Of a stretch of DNA of 64,000 nt, positions 26,265-39,324 are shown one piece after another. The notes beneath the pieces were generated by a model. That model was not told the origin of the DNA. It saw only the letters and a list, made by a program, of their open reading frames with translations, and ran no database searches. The translations under genes were made by a program, and so were the position numbers. Position 1 is the stretch's first letter; the number at the start of each line of letters is the position of its first letter. Source of the DNA: Tubulanus polymorphus (lineage: Eukaryota; Animalia; Nemertea); contig NC_134031.1 in NCBI RefSeq assembly GCF_964204645.1, positions 13,193,807-13,257,806 on the forward strand, given 5' to 3'.

Positions 26265-29200
26265 ATGTATTTTAAAGATTCAAGTTATTTCTATGGGGAT
26301 TCAAAGTTTCAAAATTTAACTATTGAAAACTGTACAGACGGAGTACCATGGATTAAAACAGTGTTGAAACAGTGCGTGCTAGATGACCTTCGTTACGCTT
26401 CTGTTTTAGTTGGTTTAGGATCTACTTTAGTTTCATTCATCAATTGTGTGCCGTAAGTAGATTTTTACCCTCGATTTTTATTGTAATTATTGTACTGCAT
26501 TATTTAGGAACGCTTTAACTCGCGCTCTGGCTGTGGCCTCTTAAGTCTTGTCTAAAAGTCAGGTGAACTTCCACTGTGATGTGCATGTGTTCAGCTAGTT
26601 AATAGCAACATAAGCTATGATGGCTAAATTTGTGTAGTTTTTAAGTAGTCATAAGTAGTTTTTGTGGTTTCATGATGAAAGTCACCAAGCATTCAGTGTG
26701 CCTATACATTAGTTGAAATAATTCTTATTCCTCACCTTCATCAAATATAACTGATACAAGTTTATTGTTTGTATTATTAGTACGGTACCTGTATATTATG
26801 GTTAAGCGTTAAATGTTTAACTTCAGTAGCTCAGTAGGATACAGATTTTGAAACTCCCTGCTTAACGCTATATAGGCTAAGTGACATTTAGAAAGAGATT
26901 AAACTGGCCTAATTTATAGGCCTATTAGTTTTGAAAAAACAAAAAATTTGTAGGCTTACATGGGTAATTGCATGTAAGAAGATTTCCACACAAGGGTGTC
27001 GTCATTGTTATAAATATAATCAGTCATGTCTCGCCTATCACCATCAATTTTCAAAATAAAGAACGCCTGTATTTCGATTCCTCAAGAACTCCTAAAATAT
27101 TTTTCAAGGTCCTCGAATATCCTTGAATTTGAGGAAAATGCCAAAAAGTCCTTGGAAACTTGAATTTTGAGAAATTGGCTTTCAGAAAATGTTTAGGTTT
27201 TAGGCATTACATGATTGCCCTATATACCAATTTAGAAAGGAGTCTAAAGTAATTGGGATATGAAAGTGATGCATACACTCCTCGAAATTTTGAATTGTAT
27301 TCTGGAAAAGTCCTTGAATTCTGGAATGACTGATTTGTAGAGACCCTGTTTAAGTGTTATATGCACGTTGTTGATACCCTATTACCACATCAGCTACGCT
27401 CGGTACTTAACTACAGCAAAGTTGAGACTATGATCCTGTGTACCTATAAAGTGTATGACAATTTATCTTATTTACTGAAAACTTATAATATTTGACTGAT
27501 AGGACAGCTTTGGGGTCATCTAAAGCAAACAAATACAGGTAAATAGGTTACTATTAGCCTCCGACGTGATGGTTCTGGAGCCCAATAATCAATGCCCTGA
27601 TAGACTGCCATACTCTCTTAAAATACTGCCAAAATCATGAATCCCCGATGTTGGCGTTGTGTCAAATCACGATTATCGATGTTGGCTGTGTATCAAATCA
27701 CGAATCCCCGGTGTTGGTGGTGTATTCAATTATGAATCTCTGATGTTGGTGGTGTATCGAATCATGAATCTCTGATGTTAGGGGTGTATTGAATCATGAA
27801 TCTCTGATGTTGGGGGTGTATTGAATCACAAATCCCCGATGTTGGGGGTGTATCGAATCATGAATCCCCGATGTTGGTGGCATATCGAATCACGAATCCC
27901 CAATATTGGCGATATATCGAGATATGACTGTAATGGTATAATGATTAAGTATTTTTCACCTATTTCAGACAAGTTTACACTAATTGTGTATCCGGCATTC
28001 CACATAAAGCTTTGTCATTGTTTCTGATTATCCAATGGCTGCTGGGGGATAGTTTGAATTTAATCGGATGTATATTAAGTCATCAACTACCAGTTCAGGT
28101 AATTTTTTGGAATTCAACCTCAAAAAATCATGAGGATAGTAACCACATGGTTACTATCTTCAGGCTTTTTTGCACCTTTGCACCTTCAGGCATCTGCAGC
28201 AGTAGTGGGTTATTATTAAGTGGGCATTATAAAGTGCACAGTATGATTTACAGTCACAGTGTCTTAGTTGGAACATTACATAACTAACACACAGTAGATT
28301 ATGGTAGTTGAATCTACTAGGCCCCTTTATGAACCCCGGGGACGGCCTTCTGCAAAACTTCATTAGGTCTTTTTTATTTCTGACAGAAAGTAAAGCATCA
28401 GGTTGGATTGGTTGGGAGATAACCTGTCCTTTCTACTATCTTCAAAGATTTATAACAGGAATTTAAAGGTATTATTCATTACAGGTAGTTTATGCAGTAT
28501 TCATGGTAGGCATGGATATAACTTTACTTACGCAGTATTTCTTCTTCAAAATCAAGGAATCAATCAATGGACCAAGTAAGATACAAAGCCCACTTTGGGT
28601 GAAGCCCTAGCAGGGTATTGCATTAATTTCATCCAACCATCCGTCCATTCTTAGAAACTTGTGTAAACATGAATGAACGTTCTAGTGAAATGAATACACT
28701 AAAATCTGTGCGTTATTCTTCGACAATTAGCAGAAATTGTGCTCTCTGCTAGCGTACCAATTGGTACCATGCATATATTATAGAGAGACTAATAGAAAGC
28801 TATGCTCTCTATTGTGATGATGTGATCCTTTGTCGAGCGTCTCTTTAGTCTGAATGCGCACAAGGAGAATACTAACTAGTATATTGATGGCCAAGAATAT
28901 TTTACTGTTAACATGAAATACAATCCGGAGCTTACAACTCGCATGTCGGCGATTGTCGGTTTCAAAAACTTATTTGGCGTATCTGATTCCAACTCTCTCT
29001 CTCCAACTGATAAGATGGTTACTTGATATTTATAGTGGATGATTAGAGTTGACATAGGCTAAGTGTTTAACTGTGACATGTGTCAGACTGCAAAACTTAC
29101 AATTAACTATTCAAAACTACGATGATATCAATTAGGCCTATCTTTCTCCAAAGCTGCTCATTAGTTAAGTATACATTACAATGTGCGTGAACATATTATT

Positions 29201-32200
29201 TGACTGATAATTAATAATGAGATACAAATTTGTTAGTGAAACTGAACTGTAAAACGCTTACAGGGCCTATTTCATATCATTAGAAGCATGTGCACAGAGC
29301 ATTTCAAAGGAATCACCTGTATTTTCTGACGCAACGCTGAGTAACACTTTTTCCATCTCAAGGAATGTGGGCTGCCATCCCCACCAAACAGACGCTAAAG
29401 TCATCACGTGACGGATAAACATATAACATGAAGTATAATGTATAATCAACTCAGGTCATCAAAAATAAACCTATAATGTCACCAGATGGCGTGCCAGTTG
29501 ATTGGAAATATTTTCGGTTATGCGCAGGTGTCATGACATGTGAACTTTAATATGTTTCTATTAGTTCAAATCCCAAAAAATATTTACCATAGGCTTGAAG
29601 TGTCGCGGGTTTGATTTGTTTACTGAGTAAAAGGTTTTTAATCTCAAATATGAAATAATAAACTTAGAAAGCCCCAGTATCTATTTGTATGTGCTATTAG
29701 GTTCGAATCCCGAAATGTGTAATAGAAATATATATTAGGATTTATTCATATACCGTTATATATCTCAAATTTTTAGCTTACCGCAGGATCGCATAACCTG
29801 TTATCCCCCAAAATACGAAAGATCCTCTTAAGCAATTATTGACAAAAAACAAATGATATACAATTTGTCTATTTATGTTGGCACCTATGCATATGTTGTA
29901 ACCATAATCGATTGGAACGTTGTAGCTCATGACTTTTTCTATGGTCAGTTTCAAGGTCATAGGTTTTGTATATGGTCACCAGGGGGCATTGAATAATAGA
30001 ATAACTTCGTATTTCTATGATTATGATTTCAAGGTCGTTGATTTCAGTATATGGTCACCAGGGGGCGTTGAATATTGAATTGTTAGGTTATTGAGCATTT
30101 GAAACCACATCTCCAGTTGGAATGGTGTCCCTGGACTACTTACGTACATAATGGGGGCTCTAAATGAACATATATGCTTGCATACAAGAGGGGGTTGCAT
30201 ATATGTAATAAATAAATGGTCCCTATGTATCTACCCTAGACTGGGTACCGGGTACAGTAATTTCTGGGAAAAATACATTTCAATTCTACTTTATCTTGTT
30301 TTTTATTCGGGATATAACTATAGGCTAGATAACTTTTCTTATAATTTGTAATATCTTTACTTCCATTTTCATTCAGAGCCATTGAAAGTTACTACAGACT
30401 TTGTTGACAAGCAGTCACAAACTTACCACAGCATTAACAGCGCTGGACAATATCGTCAAAACGTATACTGCATCACTGTGTTATGGGGTGTATCATTTAT
30501 CAGTATGAATATGATTGGTTCAGTCAACGTCGCACCAGATTTCATTGTGAAGCATTCCCCTGCAGGACGATCTTTACTTATGCAAACCAGTTCTGTTGCA
30601 TTTTTCAGGGTGAGTTTCTGACAAATACCTCATTCATAACCGAGGCCCATTTCATAGGCCTCCTAAGACAAGTTTTTACATTTTTTGAGAGATCGGAATG
30701 AAATGAAGTATACTATTTTACAGCTTATTCAAAAATGGAACTTGTAAAGCTTGTGAATCACTAGATTAATATAATGGGTGATTTACTTGGTTAATTGGTC
30801 TTAACCAAATTCGTTTTATTAGGCTTAAAGATGGATAATTTGTTTTTCATTTCTGGTCAACTTAAATTTTGATGCGGCCTGCCCCTATTTACCATGTACA
30901 TTACTTTTTTGAAATCATGATTAAGCTAACCATTAGGACAAACAAGGACCTTGTTCTGCATCTCCGATAACCTGCATAAATTGTTTAAAAAATTATTAAA
31001 TCATGGCATATTTTGTAACCACAATAAATTGCAGAATTGAAACGTAAAACAAGCTCTATGATTGTGGTGAGATTCAACATTATTGATTTCCTCTATGTTT
31101 TCTAAGGGATGTTGGGACCCTGTGTGTCTTATGAATATCAATCATTATTATTCCAAAATTCATAGTTTGAATACTCTTATTTCAGGATCGTACGGATGCT
31201 ATAGGGTTTGGAATCGGAGTTGCTTCAACTTGTTTCTATATTGGATCAAGAATGCCTCAAATCTATAAAAATGTAATTATGATAATTGAAATTTATTTCA
31301 TTCATGCATTCACATACCCAGTATCTATCTGATCTAAAAAATCTTTTCAGTGGAGTCGTAAATCAACGGAAGGTGTCAATAAATTTCTCTTCATTTTGAT
31401 GGTTTTGTCAAATATTCTCTACAGCGGCGCAATCTTTCTTCAATCTACTGAATTACGCCATATCCTACACTCAATGCCCTGGATTGTAGGCTCCGCTGGT
31501 ATGATTACATTCGACACTGTTGTATCCTTTCCAAAAACCAAAACGTTCATTGATTATTCAGTAAAATATTATCCATTACAGTAGAACTTGCTTAATTCAA
31601 ATTTTTCAATCCGGATTTTCATTTAATTCGGATGAAATATTTGGTCCATTTAATCTGGAAACATGTAAACTCCAGTCAACTTCACTTAATTCATATCGTT
31701 TGGGACCGTAGTTTTTTCTATGAAATAAGACATTACACGGATTATACGTAATTCATATTTTCTGTGAATTATGTATAATTCGTAGAATTGACGATTTATA
31801 TATTAATTGGTATAAACTATGAATAAAAACCTACAGATTTATAAGTAAAGCACTCCCTGACACTGTGTGTACGGGCAGCTAGCGACCTGTTGATTGCAAC
31901 ATTGTGTCATACAGGTGTTGCCTGGGCTGATATGGTAAAAATTCCTTCTGATAGGAATTACACATTGCATTTTCAATTGTTTTTAAGAAAAGGGTCCGTG
32001 GATATGGCTAAAATTACTGAATTACGAACTACAAATTATCCGATGCAAACTAAAGGGAATAATGAACGAAAGAATAAAGACCTTTCATTTTGATACGAAT
32101 TAGGTACGAATTAACCGACGATGAATTGCAAGAGGTTGACTGTGTTATTCATAATTCGGATTTTACTTTATTTGGAGTAGTCATCTGCCATTGATAGTAA

Positions 32201-32589
32201 AAATGAAGAGGCTGCAATCAATTATCTTGATCTTTTATATGTATATGCTTTATCGATAGATGTTGATCTGAAAAAAATCATTATCTCTAATTTTCTAGGG
32301 GTTATTGTTGGCCATTGTTGGTCATGGTAAGTCGAGTCAAACATGTAGCTTTCTAATGGTTTGATTCTTTTTCATTCAAATCGGGATGTGTATACTTTTG
32401 AACAGGACCTTTAACATATTAGGAAGTACTGTAATGAATATACATACGTGTATGAATACAGTTATGGTAATTTCCTTGACCTATTTTGTAACACAGATAT
32501 TGATGCAGTTTTACAAGTATAGAAGAAACGTTCCTGGCTTAGTCGACAATTTTTCCACTGATTCTGAAAGATCCCCTCTTCTTGCTTGA
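26265..32589 (+). CDS. SLC66A1: Lysosomal cationic amino acid transporter, PQ-loop family (PQLC2/LAAT-1/SLC66A1-like), 330 aa
   Basis: Exons 26265-26452, 27969-28098, 28485-28575, 30377-30609, 31186-31272, 31351-31521, 32497-32589 total 993 nt in one frame. Two PQ motifs (CVPQVYTN; SRMPQIYKN), WLLGDSLNLIGCILSHQLPVQ, RKSTEGV, PWIVGSAG..FD, and a C-terminal acidic dileucine signal ERSPLL. Confidence 0.93.
27634..27920 (+). repeat. 27-bp minisatellite, about 10 copies
   Basis: Unit approximately TATCGAATCATGAATCCCCGATGTTGGGGGTG, head-to-tail with no spacers. Confidence 0.85.
31522..32496 (+). other. U12-type (minor spliceosome) GT-AG intron
   Basis: 5' splice site GTATCCTTT (31522-31530); branch site TTTCCTTGAC (32471-32480) about 17 nt before the AG; no polypyrimidine tract; the join FDTV|ILMQ is in frame. 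Confidence 0.9.
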
Positions 32590-33283
32590 TCATTTTGAAA
32601 ATGTTCCCAATGGCATTGATACGACAACCTTACGATTCCAGGCTGCAGATTGATGCATGCACGAAGTTATTGCATCGATGTGTCCAAATTGTAAGCAATT
32701 TACAATTTTGATTTCTAGTTGGATATACAATAATGACTAAGGTTACTTACTGCCTTGTGATTACAGCAACAATCTTGCTTGACCTAGTGCCAACATTTGG
32801 TCAGCTTCGGAATGAATTTCCTTGTTTTTTCAAAATGTGGGGGACAAAATTTCTTTTGCTGACATCATAAAAGGTTCAGTTTTATGGAACATGACTGTGG
32901 CTAGTTTCACAGTTCTGGAACGAGCTTGATTAAACCATTGATGTAGTTTGGTTTACTATCTAGTCTACTAAAAACGATACCAGAATTTTTGGTGTCAATT
33001 GACATGGTTAATTGATTTTAGTCTATTTTTTGCAATGAGATAAATTCTTATCTAAAATATATTAGAATACTCCTAATAGCCTGTAGCCTATACTAATATT
33101 GGTGTTCATTTGTATTAACAAAATGTCACATGGAATATCTTATGATCTTATAACATGTAGTTATCTAGAACGATAAACCACACTCAACCGTGGTGAACGG
33201 ATAATAAGATAAAATCCCACTATTTACAGATTAAAAGAATTTAAAAACCAGAATTTATTTATTCAATCTAAAATATATAAAAG

Positions 33284-33326
33284 ACACGACGTTTCGATCT
33301 CACCCTAGAGATCATCGTCAGGTGTG
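33284..33326 (-). ncRNA. Minimal type I hammerhead ribozyme, opposite-strand copy
   Basis: Reverse-complement copy of the same motif with a 4-bp stem I (ACAC/GUGU). Confidence 0.75.
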
Positions 33327-33331
33327 ATTGT

Positions 33332-33371
33332 CACCTGACGATGATCTCTAGGGTGAGATCGAAACGTCGTG
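33332..33371 (+). ncRNA. Minimal type I hammerhead ribozyme (Penelope-type)
   Basis: CAC-CUGACGA-U-GAUCUC(UAGGGU)GAGAUC-GAAA-CG-UC-GUG: both core boxes, 6-bp stem II, palindromic ACGU stem III, GUC cleavage triplet. Confidence 0.75.
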
Positions 33372-34399
33372 TCTTTTATATATTTTAGATTGAATAAATA
33401 AATTCTGGTTTTTAAATTCTTTTAATCTGTAAATAGTGGGATTTTATCTTATGTAGTTATCTATTTTAGATACCGTAGCAATGAAATTAAAAAGGTTCTG
33501 AGTGATATTAATGTCAATTTATCTTTGTCTGTAACAGATGTTTGGGATATTTTGCTTATTACCCGTGAAATTGTGCAGTATGAATAAATTTCCAAAATAA
33601 ACAACAAGAAAAAATAACTGACTACAGACAAAAATGGAGTTAAGAAAAATTTCATACATGTAGTTTTCTAAAAAAGGGTAAAAATGTTCCTCTGCAACCT
33701 AAACATCAATTAAGAAGATTATGTTCAATTGTGCACATCACGTTCAAACCTCTCCACAATAGCAAGGTGAAAAGGAATTTTTCGTCAATTGGAACATGTG
33801 AAAACCGTGTTTGTATGAGCATGATACACATAAAGTCTTTTTCATTAAAGTCTATTTTTCCGGGATCAATGTTTTTGGGGATATTTCTCTTTTTTTTGAG
33901 CTCATTTATCCAATAGCCTCAGTGAAAACTGTGCAGCCAGGATAAACCATCGTTTTTAATCCATTTTACATCGTATTGAAGGGTTGCCAAAAGTCTTTTT
34001 TTCTTATGTCAAAAAGAGCCATTTTTGAAATTTTAAGAATGTTTCCATGCCTACAAATAATTATTTTTGATGAATTGAAAATAATTTTAAATGTTAGGCA
34101 GGGCTCTCGGAACGGGGGCGGCTGTGGCATTTTTTTTAACTGAACTATGAATATTCTTTTAATTTTATTTCCTCTCGTAATGAATATCACGATTTTCATA
34201 GCCAAATTCACTCGGAATCAATCTCAGAGCTTGGAAAAATAAAAAAAATTTCTGGGAAGGACCCCCAGACCCCCTATTGGGCTACCCGTCTTCAGCGCTA
34301 AAATGCAGCCGCACGGCAATCACGCACTTTATCAGTTCATCAATAAAATCAATAGCTGCCCTGCTGAAATTTTCCTTCTGACGGCCTGGTAGGCAAGGA

Positions 34400-34636
34400 A
34401 TAAACCATCGTTTTTATATCCATTTTGCAATGTATTGCATAAAGGATTGCTTAATTTTCTTACTCAACCAATTTGAATCAGAAAAGACTCTATTTTACGA
34501 ACTAAACAATGTATATTTAAACACTTTTTTTAGTTCATAAAACAGAGTCTTTTCTGATTCAAATCAGTTAAATAAGGTTTTTAGCAATCCTTCATGCAAT
34601 ACATTGCAAGATGGATATAAAAACGATGGTTTATTT
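34400..34636. repeat. Fold-back (palindromic) MITE-like repeat
   Basis: TAAACCATCGTTTTTATATCCAT...TTTGAATCAGAAAAGACTCT is mirrored by AGAGTCTTTTCTGATTCAAA...ATGGATATAAAAACGATGGTTTA; a partial third arm lies near 33943-33990. Confidence 0.65.
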
Positions 34637-35055
34637 ACTCTGCTCATTTTTCGCTGTTCATATAGGCCTATATAATGACAAACTTGAGGTAGCTGTTGAA
34701 AAGAAGAGAAATATCCCCATAAATTGATTTTTTTTTGCCCAGCGAACAATGGATAATGAGATACCCGGTAGGTCTACAGTTTTATATGCGAGTAATAAAT
34801 GAGAGATGATTTGATAAACGACTTTGTTTTTTGTGTTAACTTGGGATTGTTGGCGAAAATCAGAGATCCGTTTCATCACATGGGGGCTAGGTAGTAGCCT
34901 ACATAGCATGTCTACAAGTGTGCTTCTTTTTGAGAAAAAAAAGCTTCATTAAGGTGCTGATTTGTTCACCTTTCACATGTCGAAGAAGTGCAGAAAACTG
35001 CTTCTTTTTGATTACAAGTTATCGAAAAGAAATGTGTCACGGCATTCGTAATTAT

Positions 35056-35125
35056 GAAAGTAGGAAAAAATGGCCAAGGAAAAAATGGCCAGGAAAAATG
35101 GCCGAGGAAAGAATGGCCAAGGAAA
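35056..35125 (+). repeat. (GGAAAAAATGGCCA)n transposon-terminal repeat block; second block at 39583-39662 in the same orientation
   Basis: GAAAGTAGGAAAAAATGGCCAAGG... versus GAATGTAGGAAAAAATGGCCAAGG... Confidence 0.7.
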
Positions 35126-35727
35126 ATTTATGAACTACTGACAATTTTAATAAACATTAAGCTTTCAATTTACTGACATCATTTATTTTTCATGGGGCTA
35201 AAAACAATTAAAATCGGTATAATGAGTTCAGAAATTTGATGATATAACATTTAATTTCGTTATATATATGAACATATAAAGAACTATCATGAAAGAACTA
35301 TCATGCAAGTGGGCAATGGATAAACTTAATAGTGATAAACTTAAACTTAATAAATTAACTAAATTAATATTTCAAAACATCTAAGTAAGCTATTAGGGCA
35401 CAGACTGCCTTATCAAAGGTAAGTGCAATGAAATTGTGTGGTAATTTATATAGCAAACTGGTGTAGTGTCTGATAACATCGAAGTGAGATATGTTCATCA
35501 TAAATTTACCTAGTAAACTAATCCAGGAATAGATCTAATAATCTCGTTGTTATTCCTAAAATGGGTAGAACGAGCTTTAAGGAGGGCTATTTTCAAGATG
35601 AAATCGGGGTAGGCAAGTTTTTTGAGAGATTGGTTACTATGTTGTATTTCATCAGGTAGAAATGAGGGGTCGCAAATTCTCAAAGCGCGAAGAAATAATC
35701 ATTGAGCTAAACCGAGTTTAATATCAG

Positions 35728-38700
35728 GTATACGGACATTTTCCCACATGGGCAAATAGTCACTTCATTCATGTTCAATATCAACAGATCAAAGAAGTCA
35801 ATTTTGCTTTGATCTACCAAACCTTTGTATCAAACCTAATATTTTTCTTTAATCACATGAGTGAAATTTGAGCTGAAGTCAGTTTCCCAATTAGGCAATT
35901 TTGCTTGAGAAATTAAAGTTATAATAGCGTAATTCGGATTCAATCAACGTTAACCATCTAATCACTGACTAATTAGTTCAAAATGAATTGGTTTGATCAA
36001 CTTTAATCAAAGCTTTTAAATCAATCAGTTGAATCAGTCAGCAAATATTAGAAATGACTTGAATGTTGTCACTTAAAAGATTAAAAACTTACATCATCAG
36101 AATTTCATTAAGGATATCAGATAAAACCCACTATTTACAAACAATTTCAAAGATTTAAGACAGATGATATAAAAATTTAAAAAAAAACAGCGTTACGGTC
36201 TCACTTTAGAGATCAAAGTAAGGCGTATATCTGTTTTTATTGTATATAGCGCGTTTTATCTAATATCTATTCTCCATGTCCGATTGTGGCTATATACTAA
36301 ATTAAATTAAGGAAGTTAACACCTATGACAAAAATAAGAATTTAAAGTGATGTCACACAAAATTGATGGCCAGTTCTCATCATTTCAGTTTCCGCACTGA
36401 ATAAAAAGTAAAAATTAAGATAGTGAATTCCGCATGGTTAAAATCATGTCAGACCATTAAAAAAAAAAAATCCGCATGAATGCGCTGTGATTCAAAGTAC
36501 AACTTCTATATCTTCAAATTTTTTTCTATATATTTGTATATATATCATCACTATGCTTCTAAGATGTATTTTTCAATGTATCTGTACAGAGCTGTGCTTT
36601 TCTGGGTCTGAGGGAGTGGGTACAGATCGGCAGCTGCACACAACATATTTCTGATAAAATTTAAGAGAATATATAAAAAAATGAAAATAAAAGGTCGCCT
36701 CCCTAGACGAATCTTTCTGAAGAGAACTCAATTTTCTGAATGACCTTTCTAAATTATAGTGTAATACATTTACTGTGACTATAAATACTGGAATGTGTTC
36801 ACTTAAAAGATTGAAAACTTAACACCTGTTTTAACTAATTGAAACTAATTTGTTATGAACTCTTATCATTAATTAATGTCTAATTGTGATTATATATCAG
36901 CTGCGTTCTAATTACACTGAACTCTTATCAACAATCAACCAAAAACTATATAACAGGCAGAAATTCAGAGATTAAGGCATATCACAATCAGATACAGAGA
37001 AGATAATATTGCTATGGCTGAATTTATCAAAACGTCTAGAGGTGGTTTGAAGTTGTGTTTAAATAGTTACATGTACTTGAAACAATATTCTACAGCAAGA
37101 CAGATTCGATGGAATTGTATAAGAAGCAGAACTACGAAATGCAAGGGATGTGTTATTACTGACGTTGATGAAGAATCCAAGAGAAACTGGAGAGCATAAT
37201 CACATTGCAGACCAGACAACTGTAGATATTTCTAAATCTAGAAATGAAATGAAGAGATTGGCTGAAGAAAGTTGAAATAAACCAGTACAGATTTTCACTG
37301 AAGTCTTATAAAAAGATAACCGATGTCAATGTAAAAGCCCGTCTTGCAAATGAAGAAGCCTGTAAGAAAAGTATCCGCCGTGAACGTAGAAAGAATTATC
37401 CTAAAGAGCCAGATTCACTACGAGAATTGAGAATAGACGGAAAATGGGCTGCGACATCTGGAGAAGAAGATGCCGACAGATTTCTCCTTCATGATAATGA
37501 AGAGCAAGGAAGAAGAATTATATTTTCTAGCGATGATGCACTTCGAAAACTAGCTTCATCCAAGTCATGTTTATGGATGGCAATTTTAGTATGGCCCCTT
37601 CACTTTTCGAGCAAATTTATGTAATTCGAATTCAATTTGGTGGTACATCAATATCTGTTGCTTATTGTTACTAATGAAGAAAGATCAGGGGACCTATGAA
37701 GATATGCTACGTATTCTAATGAATGATTGCCAGGAGCGAAATCTATATCTAGAACCAGAAACCATCATGCTGGACTACGAGGGAGCAGTACAGCAAGCCA
37801 TTAACGTTGCTTTTAATAACCGTGTGAATGTAAAAGGATGTTTCCTTCATCTTACGCAATCGACATGGCGCAAAATACAATCACTTGGTTTATCTCAACA
37901 CTATCGAGAAAATGCCGAATTTCAATTATTTGTGGGGATGCTTGATGGCTTAGCATTTTTGCCAGTAGATGATGTACCTGCTGGATTGGCGTATCTCCTC
38001 GAAAACGTCCCTGATGAGGTAATTGAACTTCTGGACTATTTTAATTCAACTTACGTAAATGGATCTTGGCGACCAGTTAGCTCCCCGAACGGGATAGTCA
38101 GACTCCGAAAAGTACCGCCAATGTACGAACCATCAATTTGGAACGTCCGCGAAGCAACATTAACTAACGATGCTAGAACTAATAATATTTGTGAGTCGTG
38201 GAATAACAAGTTCTACAACATTATAGGACATCATCATCCTTCTATCTGGCGCACCATTAAAGGATTCCAGCAGGACAATGCATCTGTAGAGATGATGACT
38301 GCACAGAACAATCTTGGAAATAATCCAACTAAGCGTGTTTTCCAAAAATATGTACAATTACAAATTCGATTGCGAAATCTATGCGTGGACTATAATAATA
38401 GGGTGAAAAATCTTGGGGAATTGTTGCGTGGTATCGGAGAAAATATGCGATTTTTAGGATGATGGGTGAATTTAACATTAACTCATAATATTTTGCAATT
38501 TACTGAAACAATGATTTAAGAAAAAGATTATTTTTAAATACATTTTCTTATTTCATGTATTAAATTTGTATTAGGTAGTTAAATATAATCGTATAACATA
38601 TCATAATTTTGTAAATATATAAAACCATAAGTAATATAATATAATTTCCCATTGTTTATTTTTTCATTGGTTTTGTCTTTGGAGGAAATCACAACCAAAA

Positions 38701-39324
38701 CTATGGACTGCAAGACTAGTTCGTTCAACCACTCAAACACGATCTAACTGCTCTAATTTATCTTTAAATCTTTAAAAGCAATAATTTTGAATTGCAGGAC
38801 TTTATAATGACAAAATCACCTGCTAAAAACATTAAAAATTGTACAATCTTTAGTGATGAAATTACTTTGATATTTGATCAAAACCCATTCATTTTCAACT
38901 AATTAGTGAGTGATTTGATGGTTAACGTTGATTGAATCCGAATTACGCTATTATAACTTTAATTTCTAAGAGCAAAATTGCCAAATTGGGAATCTGACTT
39001 CAGCTCAAATTTCACTCATGTGATTACAGGAAAACATGAGGCTTGATACAATGGTTTGGTAGATCAAAGCAAATAATTGACTTCTTTGATCTGTTTAAAT
39101 TGAACATGAATGAAGTGACTATTTACTCAATAAATTCAAAATTTAATCCTAAATTTCACTTTCAATCCTTTTAACTATATAGGCATTAAATAAATGTCTA
39201 AAATGAATAAAGGAATTATAAAGAAAAACATGTGGGAAAATGTCCAAGAAAATGTGGGAATATGGCCATGAGGGAAAATAATGTCATATGAGAAAACGTC
39301 CATGTGGGAAAATGTCATGGAATC
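35728..39324 (+). mobile_element. Mutator-like (MULE) DNA transposon, long TIRs, 9-bp TSD
   Basis: TAATATCAG at 35719-35727 and 39325-39333; termini GGACATTTTCCCACATG / CATGTGGGAAAATGTC; ~230-bp inverted arms (35755-35990 vs 38885-39125). Confidence 0.9.
37014..38462 (+). pseudogene. FLYWCH-MULE transposase, disrupted by frameshifts and stops
   Basis: 37014 ORF gives the FLYWCH-like start (RGGLKL...YMY...WNC...CKG); MDG motif near 37575; 37665-38462 has IMLDYE, GCFLHLTQSTWRKIQ, LAFLP, YFNSTYV, RTNNICESWN, HPSIW. Confidence 0.88.

Larger units (their letters stand above)
33168..33450. mobile_element. Palindromic Penelope pLTR-derived insertion with 13-bp TSD
   Basis: Perfect inverted arms 33204-33324 and 33332-33452; ATGTAGTTATCTA at 33155-33167 and 33451-33463; homologous to the pLTR at 47568-47742. 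Confidence 0.85.

Noticed and set aside
27634-27920. CRISPR-like appearance of the 27-bp repeats (also 48996-49146)
   Set aside because: No unique spacers, no cas genes, eukaryotic context.
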